DNA from: Candidatus Latescibacterota bacterium
GTDB lineage: Bacteria > Latescibacterota > UBA2968 > UBA8231
Assembly (NCBI GenBank): GCA_036011085.1
Contig: DASCMS010000003.1
Coordinates: forward strand, 7,059-71,058
Reading direction: 5' to 3'
Length of the DNA: 64,000 bases
Position 1 is the stretch's first letter, and every line of letters begins with the position of its first letter. The translations under genes and the position numbers were made by a program. Positions 17,457-28,701 of the stretch are shown here, one piece after another. Under the pieces are notes generated by a model. It had not been told where the DNA came from, ran no database searches, and worked only from the letters and a program-made list of their open reading frames with translations.

Positions 17457-18461
17457 GGGCCGGCCGTGCCGGATGTCAACCATACGTGCGGTCAGTTCGT
17501 GCTGTAAGGGCTCATCTCGAAAGAACCGCACGAAGTCCTGTGCGGTGTAAGCGTAGTAGCGATGGAAGGCGTTCTGTGCGTGCCAGGCGATGTGGGGCGT
17601 GCAGAACACATTGGACAGGCTCCGCAGCACGTGACCGCTCGGCAGCGGCTCGGGATCGAAGACATCGAGACCGGCGATCAGCCGGCCTGCCTGCAGACGC
17701 GCCACGAGGGCGTCCTGGTCCATCACCTTCCCCCGCGAACAGTTGATCAGGATTTTCCCCTCTCCCAGTCGCTCCAGCTCGGCGGCTCCGATCAGTCCCT
17801 CCGTCTTCGGCGTGTGAGGCACCTGCACGACGAGGATGTCGGCGTGATCGAGCACGGCACCGAGGTCGTCCCGTGTGATCCCGAGTCGTGTGACCATGTC
17901 TTCGGATACGTACGGGTCACACACGCGCAGGTCGACACGGAAAGGGGCGAGCAACTCGATGAGCCTCTGGCCCACGTGGCCACAGCCGATGAGACCGACC
18001 CGACGACCGGTGAGCTCACCGTTGACGAAGTCGTCATTGCCCGCCGACGCCCAGGTATCGGTACCCGCCATCATCTGCCGATACACGGCCCCGGCGTTGC
18101 GCAGGCACAACAGAATCAACGCCAGATCCCATTCCGCCACCGGGTGTGCCGACGACAGATTGTCGGCGTCGACGACACGGACCTCACGGCGCGCCGCCGT
18201 TTCGAGATCGATCCCGTGACCGAAGCGATCCGAGCGCAGACCGACGATGCGCAGATCGTGGGCAGACTCCAGCACACGAGCACTCAGTCGCGGTAGCTGC
18301 GGTCCCAGCTTGATCAGGCCCGTACATCCGGACAGGGCTTGAATCAGACCATCCTCATCAAGCGTCTCCTCCACGGGGACCCGCTCGGCGATCTCCCCGA
18401 GTGACTTCTCTGCTGCCTCGTCCACCCAGCTTCCCGGATCGACCAGTACCCTCGGCTTCAT
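17424..18461 (-). CDS. D-isomer-specific 2-hydroxyacid dehydrogenase
   Basis: VGLIGCGHVG, INCSRG, GLDVFDPEP, TPHIA. Confidence 0.9.
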   Translation of the reverse strand: MKPRVLVDPGSWVDEAAEKSLGEIAERVPVEETLDEDGLIQALSGCTGLIKLGPQLPRLSARVLESAHDLRIVGLRSDRFGHGIDLETAARREVRVVDADNLSSAHPVAEWDLALILLCLRNAGAVYRQMMAGTDTWASAGNDDFVNGELTGRRVGLIGCGHVGQRLIELLAPFRVDLRVCDPYVSEDMVTRLGITRDDLGAVLDHADILVVQVPHTPKTEGLIGAAELERLGEGKILINCSRGKVMDQDALVARLQAGRLIAGLDVFDPEPLPSGHVLRSLSNVFCTPHIAWHAQNAFHRYYAYTAQDFVRFFRDEPLQHELTARMVDIRHGRPSGEAPDGRLP

Positions 18462-19714
18462 GGATCACTCTTTCTGTTGGGCGCCTCAATGGGACTGTCG
18501 GCGCCGGGCATGGCGAACCACGCCCAGGCTCCCACGGCGAGATAGAGCAGAGAAGTGGCAACGAAGACAGCGCGGAACCCGGCCTCGGCACCAAGGTAGC
18601 CTCCGGCCATCGGCCCCGCTGCCCAGCCGAGAGCGGCTGAGCTCGACATGACACCGAAGGCCTTGCCACGATCCGCTTCTGTAACGAAGCGAGTGATGAG
18701 CGAGTTTGCTACCGGACGGGTCGCGCCGGTGGCGATTCCACCCAGAACGATGAGCGTTGCCAGCATGGGCACCGATGTCGAGAACCCCTGGGCCAGGGCA
18801 AACACCGAAGCCCCGAGCAGCCCCCCCACAAGCATTCGACGAGGGCCGATATGATCGCTGAATCGCCCCATGATCGCCGCCGACAGCGCGCCTACGAGCC
18901 CACCGGCGGCAAACACGGCCCCCGCAAGAGAGAGGATGTCGCTGCGACCCGCCAGTTGCTGGAGAAACAGCGGCAGGACGGGCATGATGAAGCCGAAGGC
19001 GAAGGACATGGAGGTGACAGTCAGCACCAGGATGAGGAAGGGCCGTTCCGACAGGAGTCGGATCATGTCCTTCCCAGGCATGCGGTACTTCGCCGAGCTT
19101 TCGACGGAGCGGACACGGGAGAAGTCCTCGTGGACCCACAGCTGCACGGCCACGCCGGCGATGATGACGACGGCACCGGCCCAGAAGAAGCAGTCCGTAT
19201 AACCGTATCGGTCGATCAGTGGCCCGCCGATGAGGGGGCCCAGGGAAGATCCCAGCATGAAGGCGCCCTGCATGAGCCCGAGGGCGAACCCCAGGTGCTG
19301 TCGCGGAGTCGAGGTCGACACGAGTGTCAGACAGGCCGTGACGGTTCCTGCCAGTGCCCCCTGAATGATCCGGGTCACCAGCAGCTGCTCTACCGTTGTC
19401 ACGTAGGCCATCAGGATGACGGCGAGACCGCCTCCCAGCATGGAGCGTACCACCATCGGCTTGCGCCCGTAGCGGTCGGCGAGACTGCCCCAGATGGGTG
19501 AGGACACAGCCATGGCCAGTCCGGCAGCCGTACCCATCCGGCCGGCCCAGACCAGGGCCTCGGAGAGGTCGGCCACATCGAACTCCTGGATGTAGTACGG
19601 GAGAAAGGGCTGCACGGCGTGGAAGCCGATAATGGCCGAGACCTCGGCGATCCAGAGGGTATAGAAGTTCTTGCGCCAGTCCGGATACTCGCTCTGCGTA
19701 CGAGCCGAACTCAA
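18458..19714 (-). CDS. MFS transporter (DHA1/MdtG-like)
   Basis: WGSLADRYGRKPM and GRFSDHIGPRR motif A, 12 TM. Confidence 0.92.
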   Translation of the reverse strand: MSSARTQSEYPDWRKNFYTLWIAEVSAIIGFHAVQPFLPYYIQEFDVADLSEALVWAGRMGTAAGLAMAVSSPIWGSLADRYGRKPMVVRSMLGGGLAVILMAYVTTVEQLLVTRIIQGALAGTVTACLTLVSTSTPRQHLGFALGLMQGAFMLGSSLGPLIGGPLIDRYGYTDCFFWAGAVVIIAGVAVQLWVHEDFSRVRSVESSAKYRMPGKDMIRLLSERPFLILVLTVTSMSFAFGFIMPVLPLFLQQLAGRSDILSLAGAVFAAGGLVGALSAAIMGRFSDHIGPRRMLVGGLLGASVFALAQGFSTSVPMLATLIVLGGIATGATRPVANSLITRFVTEADRGKAFGVMSSSAALGWAAGPMAGGYLGAEAGFRAVFVATSLLYLAVGAWAWFAMPGADSPIEAPNRKSDP

Positions 19715-19733
19715 GACGACGCCCGGACGGAAA

Positions 19734-19760
19734 GGAGGGCGGCCCGATGGACCGCCCTCC
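19734..19760 (-). terminator. GC-rich hairpin downstream of kdgK
   Basis: GGAGGGCGG-N9-CCGCCCTCC with a short T run on the minus strand. Confidence 0.45.
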
Positions 19761-19802
19761 CGTCACTGCCGTGTACTGGCGCCGCCCGGGCGCAGGTGAG
19801 AT

Positions 19803-20936
19803 TCACCGGAGTGCTGAGACTCCCCCACCCTTGATGGCCCGTGCTACCTCTTTCTCAACATCGGACTGCTTCACCATCGACGTGTCCCCGATCGTCTCCT
19901 GCACGAGGATGCCGTGCGCCGCCCCCCACTGGACTGCGTCGGTTGCGGGCTTGCCGTTGAGCAAGGCGGCGATAACGCCGGCGGCAAAGGAGTCGCCGCC
20001 GCCGGTACGATCAGCGATCTCGATATTCTCGCGCACCGCCGCCTGGTGGATGGTATCGGTGCCTACCTCGTAGAGAACGGCCCCCCAGTCGATGCGATCG
20101 GCTGACAGGGCGCCGCGAAGCTGAGTCCCGATGTACTTGATGTTCGGGTAGTCTTTCGACACCTGGCGCAGCATCGCGGCGTAGACGGCGAGCCATTCGT
20201 CGAAGGAGGCCCCCTTCGGCACGGTCTCCGTCTCGTAGCCGAGAGCGTCATCGAAGTCGTCGTGGTTGCCCACGAGAAAGTCGACGTGGGGTACGATTCC
20301 CCGATTGATTTCGCGCGCCCGATCCTTGTTGGGTTCCACCTTGGAGCGGTAGTTGAGATCGAAGGAGCGACCGGCTCCATGCTCCTCAGCCTTTTTCATC
20401 CCCTCCAGGGCCAGATCCGCCGTCTTGGGGGACAGCAACGTGTAGATGCCCCCCGTGCTGAACCAGCGTGTCCCCATCGTACCGAACAGATGATCCCAGT
20501 CCACATCACCCGGGCCGACCTCACGCACGGGCGTGTGGGCCCGGTAGTACTCCGTCACTGACGGCAGCACACCTTTGCCTGCCCAGGTGAAGTTGACGCC
20601 ATTGTGCAGCGTGCCCTTGCCATCGGTGCTGAACTTGCCCTTGCCGGAATTGCTGAACCAGATGACGTGACTCGTGTCGATGCCGGCTTCGCGCAGCTGG
20701 TTTTCGATATTACGACCCGCGCCATCATCCACCAGGGCCGTGACCACCGCGGTGCGCAGTCCGAAGCAGTAGCTCAGCCCCTCGGTCACATTGGTCTCGC
20801 CGCCACCGTGCCAGATACGCGCCGTCCGCGCCCGAGCCGTCGGTACGGCGCCGGGATCGATGCGCAGCATCACCTCCCCGAGGGAGATAGCGTCGTAGCG
20901 CGTGTCGTCAGCCGACTTCAGCGTCAGCTCTGCCAT
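19803..20936 (-). CDS. kdgK: PfkB-family sugar kinase, 2-keto-3-deoxygluconate kinase-like
   Basis: SLGEVMLRIDPG, GGGETNV, SFDLNYR, DRTGGGDSFAAG. Confidence 0.85.
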   Translation of the reverse strand: MAELTLKSADDTRYDAISLGEVMLRIDPGAVPTARARTARIWHGGGETNVTEGLSYCFGLRTAVVTALVDDGAGRNIENQLREAGIDTSHVIWFSNSGKGKFSTDGKGTLHNGVNFTWAGKGVLPSVTEYYRAHTPVREVGPGDVDWDHLFGTMGTRWFSTGGIYTLLSPKTADLALEGMKKAEEHGAGRSFDLNYRSKVEPNKDRAREINRGIVPHVDFLVGNHDDFDDALGYETETVPKGASFDEWLAVYAAMLRQVSKDYPNIKYIGTQLRGALSADRIDWGAVLYEVGTDTIHQAAVRENIEIADRTGGGDSFAAGVIAALLNGKPATDAVQWGAAHGILVQETIGDTSMVKQSDVEKEVARAIKGGGVSALR

Positions 20937-20981
20937 ATTCTGTCCTGTCTCCTGTGCATTGGTTGTTGATCAGTCGATTCC

Positions 20982-22358
20982 TCATCCCGCCATCGTCGGC
21001 AGGCCCTCGAGGGCTTTCATGTTTTCGTCGAGCATCTTGCCGGTGAACTCATGGCCCTCCAGGTCCCCTGCAAAGTAGGCGGCGTAGGCGGCCATGTCGA
21101 AGTGGCCGTGGCCGCAGAGGTTGAAGGCGATCACTTCTTCGTCGCCCGTCTCCTTGCAGCGCAGCGCCTCGTCGATCGCTCCCTTGATGACGTGCGTGGC
21201 CTCCGGCGCCGCCGCGATCCCCTCGGTTCGGGCGAACTGCACGCCCGCCTCGAAGCACTCCAGCTGCTGGTAGGCCCTGGCCTGCATGTGTCCGCCCTGC
21301 AACACGTGGCTCACCAGCGGCGCCGCGCCATGGTAGCGCAATCCGCCGGAGTGCACGGGAGCCGGCACGAAGTTGTGGCCCAGGGTGTGCATCGGCATCA
21401 GCGGTGTCATGCCGGCGGTATCGCCGAAGTCGTATCGGTACTCCCCTTTCGTCAGCGTCGGACAGGACGCCGGCTCACAGGCGATGACACGAAGATCGTC
21501 CTTGTCATGATCGAACCGGTGGCGCATGAAAGGGAAGGCGAAGCCGGCGAAGTTGGATCCGCCACCGAAGCAGCCGACGACGACATCCGGCAGGGCCTCA
21601 CCGGCCTTCTGCAGCTGTGCCTCCGCCTCGAGACCGATGACGGTCTGGTGCAGCAGCACATGGTTGAGGACGGAACCGAGGGCGTAGTGTGTGTCCTCCC
21701 TGGATGCGGCGTCCTCCACCGCTTCCGAGATGGCGATCCCGAGAGACCCGGGAGAATCGGGGTCGGCGGCCAGAATCTGTCGTCCCGCCTCGGTCGCCTC
21801 GCTCGGGCTCGGCTGCACCTTGCCGCCGTAGAGCTCCATGATCGCCTTGCGATATGGCTTCTGATCGAAGCTGATGCGCACCATGTAGACCTGGCACTCG
21901 AGGCCGAAGAGACCGCAGGCGAAGGAGAGGGCGGTACCCCATTGACCGGCACCCGTCTCGGTGGCAATGCGGCTGATGCCCTCCTGCTGATTGTAGTATG
22001 CCTGGGCTACCGCCGTGTTCGGCTTGTGACTCCCGGTAGGGCTCACCCCCTCCCACTTGTAGTAGATCCGCGCCGGCGTACCGAGAGCCTTCTCCAGGCG
22101 GCGGGCCCGGTACAGAGGCGAGGGACGCCACAGAGCCAGCACCGAGCGCACCTCGTCCGGGATCTCGATCCAGCGCTCCTGAGACACCTCCTGCTGGATC
22201 AGGGCCATGGGAAACAGGGGGGCCAGGTCCTCGGGGCCTACCGGTTCCCGCGTGCCCGGGTGCAGTGGCGGCGGCATCGGTTCCGGCAGATCGGCCTGAA
22301 CATTATACCACGCCTTGGGGAGTTCGCTCTCGTCGAGGGTGATCTTCGTCGCATCCAT
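20982..22358 (-). CDS. trpB2: Tryptophan synthase beta chain type 2
   Basis: [14 protein letters not shown] (PLP lysine), [30 protein letters not shown]; start moved to ATG 22358. Confidence 0.93.
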   Translation of the reverse strand: MDATKITLDESELPKAWYNVQADLPEPMPPPLHPGTREPVGPEDLAPLFPMALIQQEVSQERWIEIPDEVRSVLALWRPSPLYRARRLEKALGTPARIYYKWEGVSPTGSHKPNTAVAQAYYNQQEGISRIATETGAGQWGTALSFACGLFGLECQVYMVRISFDQKPYRKAIMELYGGKVQPSPSEATEAGRQILAADPDSPGSLGIAISEAVEDAASREDTHYALGSVLNHVLLHQTVIGLEAEAQLQKAGEALPDVVVGCFGGGSNFAGFAFPFMRHRFDHDKDDLRVIACEPASCPTLTKGEYRYDFGDTAGMTPLMPMHTLGHNFVPAPVHSGGLRYHGAAPLVSHVLQGGHMQARAYQQLECFEAGVQFARTEGIAAAPEATHVIKGAIDEALRCKETGDEEVIAFNLCGHGHFDMAAYAAYFAGDLEGHEFTGKMLDENMKALEGLPTMAG

Positions 22359-22360
22359 CG

Positions 22361-23233
22361 TCAGATTCCTGCTCCTACCCGCGCCTGCGGATTCTTGACT
22401 GATTTCTCCAATGATTCGAGCACGGCCACGGGGCCGAGCATGGTCTGTTCGGTCTCGTCGGTCTTTCCCGTCTTGAACATGCGCGTAAAATCCCTCACTC
22501 CCGACAGGTAGGGGCTGGCGTCCATGGGAATCGCCATGTCTACGCGGCCTTTCTCGGCGATAACCGAGATATGAAACGCTGGCCGGGCGCCGGGGCCGAT
22601 CAGATTCATCGTTGCCACGACACCCGAGCGAAACAGGATGTGGGCGGCGTGATTCGGCCCCGATCCCTTGACGATCTGCACCCTCTGGAAGTCGTAGCCT
22701 ACCAATCTCAGAAGCATGTCCACCTGGTGGATGCCGTAGAAGAAGATGCCCCCCCACTTGGATCGGATATCGCAGGGCCCGGTGGACACCACCGTCTGGA
22801 TCGCCCCGAGCCTCCGGACCTGGCGCACCAGTTGCTGGAACGCATCCTGTTTTGGCAGTGTGGAGAAGGAGCAGACCGGCACGTCCAACTCCCGCGCCCG
22901 CGCCAGAAACCGTCTGCCTTCCGCCCGCCGGTAGCAGAACGGCTTGTCGATGAACATCGGCACCTTCGTCTCCAGAAACGGTCTGGCCGCCGGCAGATGC
23001 AGCTTCCCATGCCGATGGTCGACGACGATGGCATCAACTTCACCGATCATGTCCTCGGCGCGGCTGACGATGGTGGGAATCTGTCCCTTCTCCGCCGCCG
23101 CCCTGGCATACGCCCGGGTCTCACCCCAGACGTGAGTCGCCCGGACGCCACGGATCTTCTCATCGATGTTCAGCACCTTGGCGATCGCGGCAGTGTGACT
23201 GTTCTCCGCGCCCACCATCCCTACTCTCAACAT
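22361..23233 (-). CDS. Gfo/Idh/MocA family oxidoreductase
   Basis: [26 protein letters not shown]. Confidence 0.85.
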   Translation of the reverse strand: MLRVGMVGAENSHTAAIAKVLNIDEKIRGVRATHVWGETRAYARAAAEKGQIPTIVSRAEDMIGEVDAIVVDHRHGKLHLPAARPFLETKVPMFIDKPFCYRRAEGRRFLARARELDVPVCSFSTLPKQDAFQQLVRQVRRLGAIQTVVSTGPCDIRSKWGGIFFYGIHQVDMLLRLVGYDFQRVQIVKGSGPNHAAHILFRSGVVATMNLIGPGARPAFHISVIAEKGRVDMAIPMDASPYLSGVRDFTRMFKTGKTDETEQTMLGPVAVLESLEKSVKNPQARVGAGI

Positions 23234-23252
23234 ATCCGTTCGCCTTTCGCGG

Positions 23253-24077
23253 CTATTGTTCGAAGGACCAGATCGACAGCGCCGTCTTCGCCAGAACCCA
23301 CTCCATGTCCTCAGCAGAAATGAACCTGCTGAACTCCTCCTGCACGACAGACAGCGTCTGCCCGTACTCCGCCTTGTCGAGACATACCGGCCAGTCCGTC
23401 CCCCACATGATGCGACGGCCGCCGAAAGCCTGGTACACCTCCTCCACCAGGCCGTGGGTGTCCGGCCAGGGATAGTCCTGCCCCGAGATCGACCACGTGT
23501 GGCTGATCTTCACTGTCACGCGAGGATACCGGGCCAGGTCGGTGAGCAGCCGACGACCGTCCACATCGTCAGGGGCACAGTCGGCCATGTGGTCGATGAC
23601 GAGATCCAGGTCGGGGTGGCGCTCCAGCAGGGGTATCAGGTCGCGCAGGCGCGGCGGCCGCGTCAGCAGCAGCAGCGGCACACCGAGCGACTCGGCGCGA
23701 GAGAAGATGGGATCCATCTTTGCCGCATCGGCGAACCAGTCCCCCCCCTCCCCTACGGCGGGGCTCAACCGCACACCGTGAATCCCCTTCTCGGTCCATT
23801 CGCTGAGGTGGTCGGCGGCAGCGGGGTCTTCGGGATTGACCCGACCCACCCCCATGAACTTGTCGGGATACCGGCCGATGACATCGACGACGTAGCTGTT
23901 GTCCCAGCGATAGTGAATGACCTGCACCAGGACGGTGCGCTCCACGCCGTGAGCCGACATCAACTCTAGCAGCATCTCGGCCGTGCGGTCCTCCGCGGGA
24001 GGGTTCGCGTTCTCTGCGGGCCAGGGAAACCGGGGGTCGTTCAGCCAGACGTGAGTATGGGGATCGATGATTTGCAT
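23253..24077 (-). CDS. Amidohydrolase-2 family protein (sugar lactonase-like)
   Basis: IDPHTHVW, VIDHMA, VTVKIS, MWGTDWPV. Confidence 0.9.
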   Translation of the reverse strand: MQIIDPHTHVWLNDPRFPWPAENANPPAEDRTAEMLLELMSAHGVERTVLVQVIHYRWDNSYVVDVIGRYPDKFMGVGRVNPEDPAAADHLSEWTEKGIHGVRLSPAVGEGGDWFADAAKMDPIFSRAESLGVPLLLLTRPPRLRDLIPLLERHPDLDLVIDHMADCAPDDVDGRRLLTDLARYPRVTVKISHTWSISGQDYPWPDTHGLVEEVYQAFGGRRIMWGTDWPVCLDKAEYGQTLSVVQEEFSRFISAEDMEWVLAKTALSIWSFEQ

Positions 24078-24175
24078 GAGATTCAACACGACCTTGTTGT
24101 GGAGTATGTTATAGGAAGCGGCAGCACCGGGTTGCTGTCAACGAAACGCCCGGAGCCGACAGGCACACAGAGAGA

Positions 24176-26089
24176 TCACCGGGGTGGACGGATATAGCGG
24201 GCCGCGTACGAGCGCACATGGCGACCGTTGAGGACGTGGAAGCGGCGCAGTCGATCCACCGTGTCGGCCGAAAATCTGCGTAGAGGCAGGTAGACGAACT
24301 GCCGTCCGAAACCACGGGCCAGGCGACGCCAGCGCGGCGACGGGGCTTTGGGTGAAACCACGACGACACGCCGCTCCTGCGAATGAAAACAGGCGGCTGC
24401 CAGCAGTCTCTCCTCGAGGCTCTCGTACCCCTCGAGACGAGGATCGGTCCACACGTCAGGGATCGGCCGCGGCGGAAAGATGAACATGCAGCCCCCATAG
24501 AGCGACTGGCCGATGCCGGGACCGATGATGCCGTCTTCGTGCGGCGTGGCGAAGAAGCAGAGCGTCGACTCCTCCTCGTGCTCGGCGTACCAGGTGCTGC
24601 GCCAGCCGTATTGCGCCGGATCGGCCGGGACGTCGAAGAGCATGACCACCACCTCGATACCGCCCTTGCTCGGTGGCAGCTCCTTGACGTAGAGATCACC
24701 GGTGTGCCAGTTGCGCAGCGTCTCGCGAAGATCGAGGCCGTCCTTCAGAGAGGCGGAGAACTTCTCCACCTTCGGCAGATCGAGTCCCAGCAGCGTGCGG
24801 GCCTGCTCCCGCACGTGCTGCTGGAAGTTCTCGATACGGGTGTCTTCCGGCGGATAGGAGCACTGACCGAAAGGGTCCCACTCCATCCGCCACTGCTCCC
24901 GCAGCGGCGCCGGCGGTGTGGGTCGCAGGTGCAGATTGCGCCACGTCCGCGGCACTCCCTCCAGGCGGTTGCGGGTGTCGCGGAGACTGCCGCTATCGGT
25001 GTCGCCAGCCAGATCGCGGAAGTCCAGATGCAGGCCCGCTCCGCGCTCCGGTCCGATTCTCTGGGGTGGGTACTGCCGCGCCGTCTCGATCAGGGAGAGA
25101 GCGTAGTCATCACCGATGACCTGCTGAGAGGCCAGCGCCAGATCGTAGAGCTGTGGGGTCATACGCCCGTCCATCAGCGTCAGATTGCGTACGTACTGGA
25201 GCAAGGTCCGCAGACGATTCGGCGTCAGGGATGAGTCCTGCTGCAGGGCCCGGCAGGCAGCCGACCGCTCCGCCCGCAGGGCACTGTCCCTGGCCTCTAT
25301 TAGCAGCGTCTTGACGCCATCGATGGTCTCCTCTGACCCGCTTCGCCCGGCGACCTCCTCGGCCCGCCGATGCTCGTAGAGGAAGGTGAGGTAGGGCAGC
25401 TCACCCAGCAGGAAGTAGAGGCTGTCCTCCGCGAGATGGCTGAGGGTTGGCATGTGCGGACGGCCGAAGGGCACCGGGTACCGAGCGCGACTGCGATACG
25501 CCTCACGCACCCAGGGCCAGTCGGCGAGAGAACAGACATGGACGACGCACTCGTGCTCGACTTCGAGCACGTGCAGTTGATGCGCCGTGTGACGGATGCG
25601 CTCTTCACGCTGACTGCCTGGAATCGGCGCCGGCAGCACGGGCAGGCAGGCGGCGGCGAAGGCCTCCCATCCCGTCTCCGGCAGCGGGTACGGATCGGGC
25701 AGCGCCACGTGCTCTGGTGACTCCCAGACCGCAACCTCCAGGTCGACCCAGGCACGGGCGACGCTCGCTGTCTGCGCGACCCGGATGGCCTCGATGACCG
25801 GCTGGCAGGGGTCGACGGGAACGTAGCTGCTGCCCCCCCGGCCGTCATCGCTGCCGGGATGCTCCTCCTCCTGGAAGGCCACCGAGACCCGGGGCAGACG
25901 TTCGACGCCGTCCTCGACGGCCGCGGCGAAGGAAGGTGGCAGTGGAATGGCCAGACAGTCCCAGCCGCGGGTAGTTGCCTGCCGCAGACGCTGCCGGACC
26001 TCCCGGGCGAAGAAGGCGGATCCATGGACGACGGGCAGAATCGTAAGCCGGCAGGACACGTCGAAGACGGGGTTTTCGAGACGGCTCAA
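24176..26089 (-). CDS. Large hypothetical protein, partner of the adjacent AAA+ ATPase
   Basis: Long ORF 9 bp downstream of the AAA gene; ILPVVHGS, YFLLGELPY, DGLDLRETLRNW, STWYAEH. Confidence 0.8.
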   Translation of the reverse strand: MSRLENPVFDVSCRLTILPVVHGSAFFAREVRQRLRQATTRGWDCLAIPLPPSFAAAVEDGVERLPRVSVAFQEEEHPGSDDGRGGSSYVPVDPCQPVIEAIRVAQTASVARAWVDLEVAVWESPEHVALPDPYPLPETGWEAFAAACLPVLPAPIPGSQREERIRHTAHQLHVLEVEHECVVHVCSLADWPWVREAYRSRARYPVPFGRPHMPTLSHLAEDSLYFLLGELPYLTFLYEHRRAEEVAGRSGSEETIDGVKTLLIEARDSALRAERSAACRALQQDSSLTPNRLRTLLQYVRNLTLMDGRMTPQLYDLALASQQVIGDDYALSLIETARQYPPQRIGPERGAGLHLDFRDLAGDTDSGSLRDTRNRLEGVPRTWRNLHLRPTPPAPLREQWRMEWDPFGQCSYPPEDTRIENFQQHVREQARTLLGLDLPKVEKFSASLKDGLDLRETLRNWHTGDLYVKELPPSKGGIEVVVMLFDVPADPAQYGWRSTWYAEHEEESTLCFFATPHEDGIIGPGIGQSLYGGCMFIFPPRPIPDVWTDPRLEGYESLEERLLAAACFHSQERRVVVVSPKAPSPRWRRLARGFGRQFVYLPLRRFSADTVDRLRRFHVLNGRHVRSYAARYIRPPR

Positions 26090-26098
26090 GGAGCGCTC

Positions 26099-27091
26099 TC
26101 AGTTCTCGTCGATGTCTGGCGGACCACCATCGGGGGGTCCGTCACCTTCCTGTGCCTGGTCACCGAAGAACAGATCCTCGAGACTCAAACCGCCGCCGGT
26201 GGCCGACGACTGCAGAGCCCGCTGGCGCTCGGCGGCGACGCGATCAAGATCCGTCGCATCCTCCCCGAGAACCCCCTGCACCGCCTCGTGCCAGGCGGCG
26301 TCCGCCGACAGCGGATGCGGCCCGGACTCAGCCTGCGCCAGGCGCTTGAGGGCGTAGCGGATGATGTGGATACCGTCTCGGGGCGAATGCTCCAGATCGA
26401 GTGAGTGGGCCCGCTGCAGGAAATCCACGGTGAGCAGCAGCAGTTCATCGCGGGCAAAAGGCAGGTGGTAGCGGAGGATCTCCATCTCGTCGGAACGATC
26501 GGGGAAACCGAGCTCCAGCGTCGGCTGCAGGCGCGACAGGATATACTCGGGCACCTCGTACGTGGACTCGTCGTCGTTCATCGTCACCACACAACGGAAG
26601 TCGGCGTGGGCGTGGATGGTGACGCCGGCGATGACAGACTCCACATACCGTCGGTGATCGAGCAGGGGCGCCAGCGAGGCCCAGCTCTTCTCGCTCATGC
26701 GGTTGCCTTCATCCAGAACACAGACTCCCCCGCGGACCATGGCGGTGACGAGGGCGGACGCGTGGTAGGAGATCTTCCCCGACTCGGCCAGCACCGGCGT
26801 GACGAGCAGATCCTCCGGCCGTGTATCGCTCGTGCACTGATAGATGTAGAGATCCTGGCCCCGGCTGGCGGCTGCGGCGGACGCCAGTGTTGTCTTGCCG
26901 ATACCCGGCGGTCCGATCAACCTGGGCGCCAACGGCAGGTCCTGCTCGGCCACGACCAGCCAGCAGGCCAGCAGGCTGCGCAGAGATTCGGCCTGGCCCA
27001 CCCACTGGTGCTCGGTGGTCACCGGTCGTCCGAGATGCAGGGTGACGTCGTCGATGCTGACACTGCTGGAGCTGCTCATATCGTGGCTCAT
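26099..27091 (-). CDS. MoxR/CbbQ-like AAA+ ATPase
   Basis: [23 protein letters not shown] sensor 1, ILSRL Arg finger; GAGGAG RBS before ATG 27091. Confidence 0.9.
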   Translation of the reverse strand: MSHDMSSSSSVSIDDVTLHLGRPVTTEHQWVGQAESLRSLLACWLVVAEQDLPLAPRLIGPPGIGKTTLASAAAASRGQDLYIYQCTSDTRPEDLLVTPVLAESGKISYHASALVTAMVRGGVCVLDEGNRMSEKSWASLAPLLDHRRYVESVIAGVTIHAHADFRCVVTMNDDESTYEVPEYILSRLQPTLELGFPDRSDEMEILRYHLPFARDELLLLTVDFLQRAHSLDLEHSPRDGIHIIRYALKRLAQAESGPHPLSADAAWHEAVQGVLGEDATDLDRVAAERQRALQSSATGGGLSLEDLFFGDQAQEGDGPPDGGPPDIDEN

Positions 27092-27255
27092 TTCTCCTCG
27101 CAAGGGCTGGTTGCTGCCGTCTCCGACCGTCGATATCTTCCCCCCGATTTGCTCATGAAACGGGCCGGCCTCCTGTGCCAACAGGACGTGGCCGGCCTTT
27201 CCACGTACGCTGTTGATGCAGGAGGCGGTCGCCCAAACTGGGCGGTGGAGGAACG

Positions 27256-28701
27256 ATGGGCCACCAGAGTCGGTTCGATGTGACAACTCGCGGCGGCGTC
27301 ACGGCGGGGCAGGAGTGGATCTGCGACGGCGATGAGCCGATCGCCCGGCTCGAACACGTCGTGGTCGAGCAACCGGAGCAAAACCTACGCTACTTCAACC
27401 GCAATCTCAAACCGGTCGTCCTGCGTGATCTCAAGCTGGCCCCGGGTGGTCGTCCCCTCGTGGCCGGGGTGCAGATGTTCTGGAATCTGCAGGTGCCGGG
27501 AGGGGCTCATGTCATCACATCACAGCTGCTCGATGTCACCGTGGAAGGCCGGGGCACAGACCGTCTCACCCTTACCGTGACCACCGCCGATCCGGGACGC
27601 GTGGCGGTCTCTCGTCGGGTCCTTTGTCTCTATTGGGACGAGGCGACGGCTTCCTACGTGTACGAGTTTACCTGCCACCTGGACCTGCAGGCTCCCGAGA
27701 CCTTCGACCGCCCCGACTGCGGCCCCATTCACTTCGAGATCAGTGATCCCTGGTACTGCGACGTGCCGGCGCCGACGGTCGCCTTCGATGGCGGCTGGTC
27801 GGCGCACGGTTTCACGCGGCTGCTGGCAGAGCCGGTGGATGCCGCCGACGGCGTCTGGCAGATGCCGCTCAATCATCTGGCGACCGGCATCCCCACGCCA
27901 CAGTCCTTCCCCGAGGGTGGCCGGCTCGTGCTGACCGACTGTCCGGGAAACAACCCCGCCTTCGAGTTCGTAGGCGATTCTGCCGCGCGCACCGGGATCG
28001 GCGTCTGCAACTGGGGCTACGACATCCACCTGAGCGCCGCCTACGCCCGCGACGAGCTCTACGCGCCTATCTGTGAGACCTTCCGTGTGCGACTCTGTCC
28101 GGACGATCAGGTTGCCGATCTGCTGCGACGGGTGGGCCCGGTCCCCCCTGTGGACTACGCCGGCCATGTCGAGCTGCCCCGCTACGAGCGACACTCGAGC
28201 TTCGACCGTCCCCTGCGGCTCGACGAGCCCGCCGGCGATCCCGACCCCTGGCCCTGGCTGCCAGCTGGTGACGGTGCCGGCTGGTGCAGGGATGCAGGTC
28301 GAAGCGATGACCACTCGCTGCAGATCACCCGCACCGACGACGGTGTCAGCGAATGGCGGATGGACCGCGAGGGCGAGGGCGCCTGGACTCAACGCTGGCG
28401 CCGCACCACCGGCTTCCGGGTGTCTGTCTGGGTACGCACCGACGACGTCACCGGCCGCGGGGCCAGCTTGGGCTTGCGCTGGATCCTCTACAATCAACCG
28501 GAACGCCATGCGCTGAGTCGCTCGACTCGCGTGCAGGGTACCACCGACTGGACCCGGTTGACGGCCGAAATCCACGGTCCTGTCCCCGACGCCGTCAGCG
28601 CCGTGGAGATTGTGCTGCGTCTCGATGGCGCCGGCTCTGTGTGGTTCGACGACATCGACGTGGAGATTCTCGAATTGGAGAGCGAATGTTTGACCTCGTA
28701 A
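27256..28701 (+). CDS. Hypothetical protein with C-terminal carbohydrate-binding-like jelly-roll domain
   Basis: GGAGG RBS; Trp-rich; FRVSVWVRT...GTTDWTRL...[10 protein letters not shown] typical of CBM4/9-like modules. Confidence 0.7.
   Translation: MGHQSRFDVTTRGGVTAGQEWICDGDEPIARLEHVVVEQPEQNLRYFNRNLKPVVLRDLKLAPGGRPLVAGVQMFWNLQVPGGAHVITSQLLDVTVEGRGTDRLTLTVTTADPGRVAVSRRVLCLYWDEATASYVYEFTCHLDLQAPETFDRPDCGPIHFEISDPWYCDVPAPTVAFDGGWSAHGFTRLLAEPVDAADGVWQMPLNHLATGIPTPQSFPEGGRLVLTDCPGNNPAFEFVGDSAARTGIGVCNWGYDIHLSAAYARDELYAPICETFRVRLCPDDQVADLLRRVGPVPPVDYAGHVELPRYERHSSFDRPLRLDEPAGDPDPWPWLPAGDGAGWCRDAGRSDDHSLQITRTDDGVSEWRMDREGEGAWTQRWRRTTGFRVSVWVRTDDVTGRGASLGLRWILYNQPERHALSRSTRVQGTTDWTRLTAEIHGPVPDAVSAVEIVLRLDGAGSVWFDDIDVEILELESECLTS

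Noticed and set aside
22359-22757. Long N-terminal extensions in the ORF track (trpB2, D-aminoacylase, CoA-transferase, GDPD, enolases, pabB, AAA ATPase)
   Set aside because: They overlap neighbouring genes; family N-termini, RBSs and start/stop overlaps support the shorter starts
24108-24141. TTGACA and TATAAC on the minus strand as a sigma-70 promoter
   Set aside because: Spacer is 22 bp, too long
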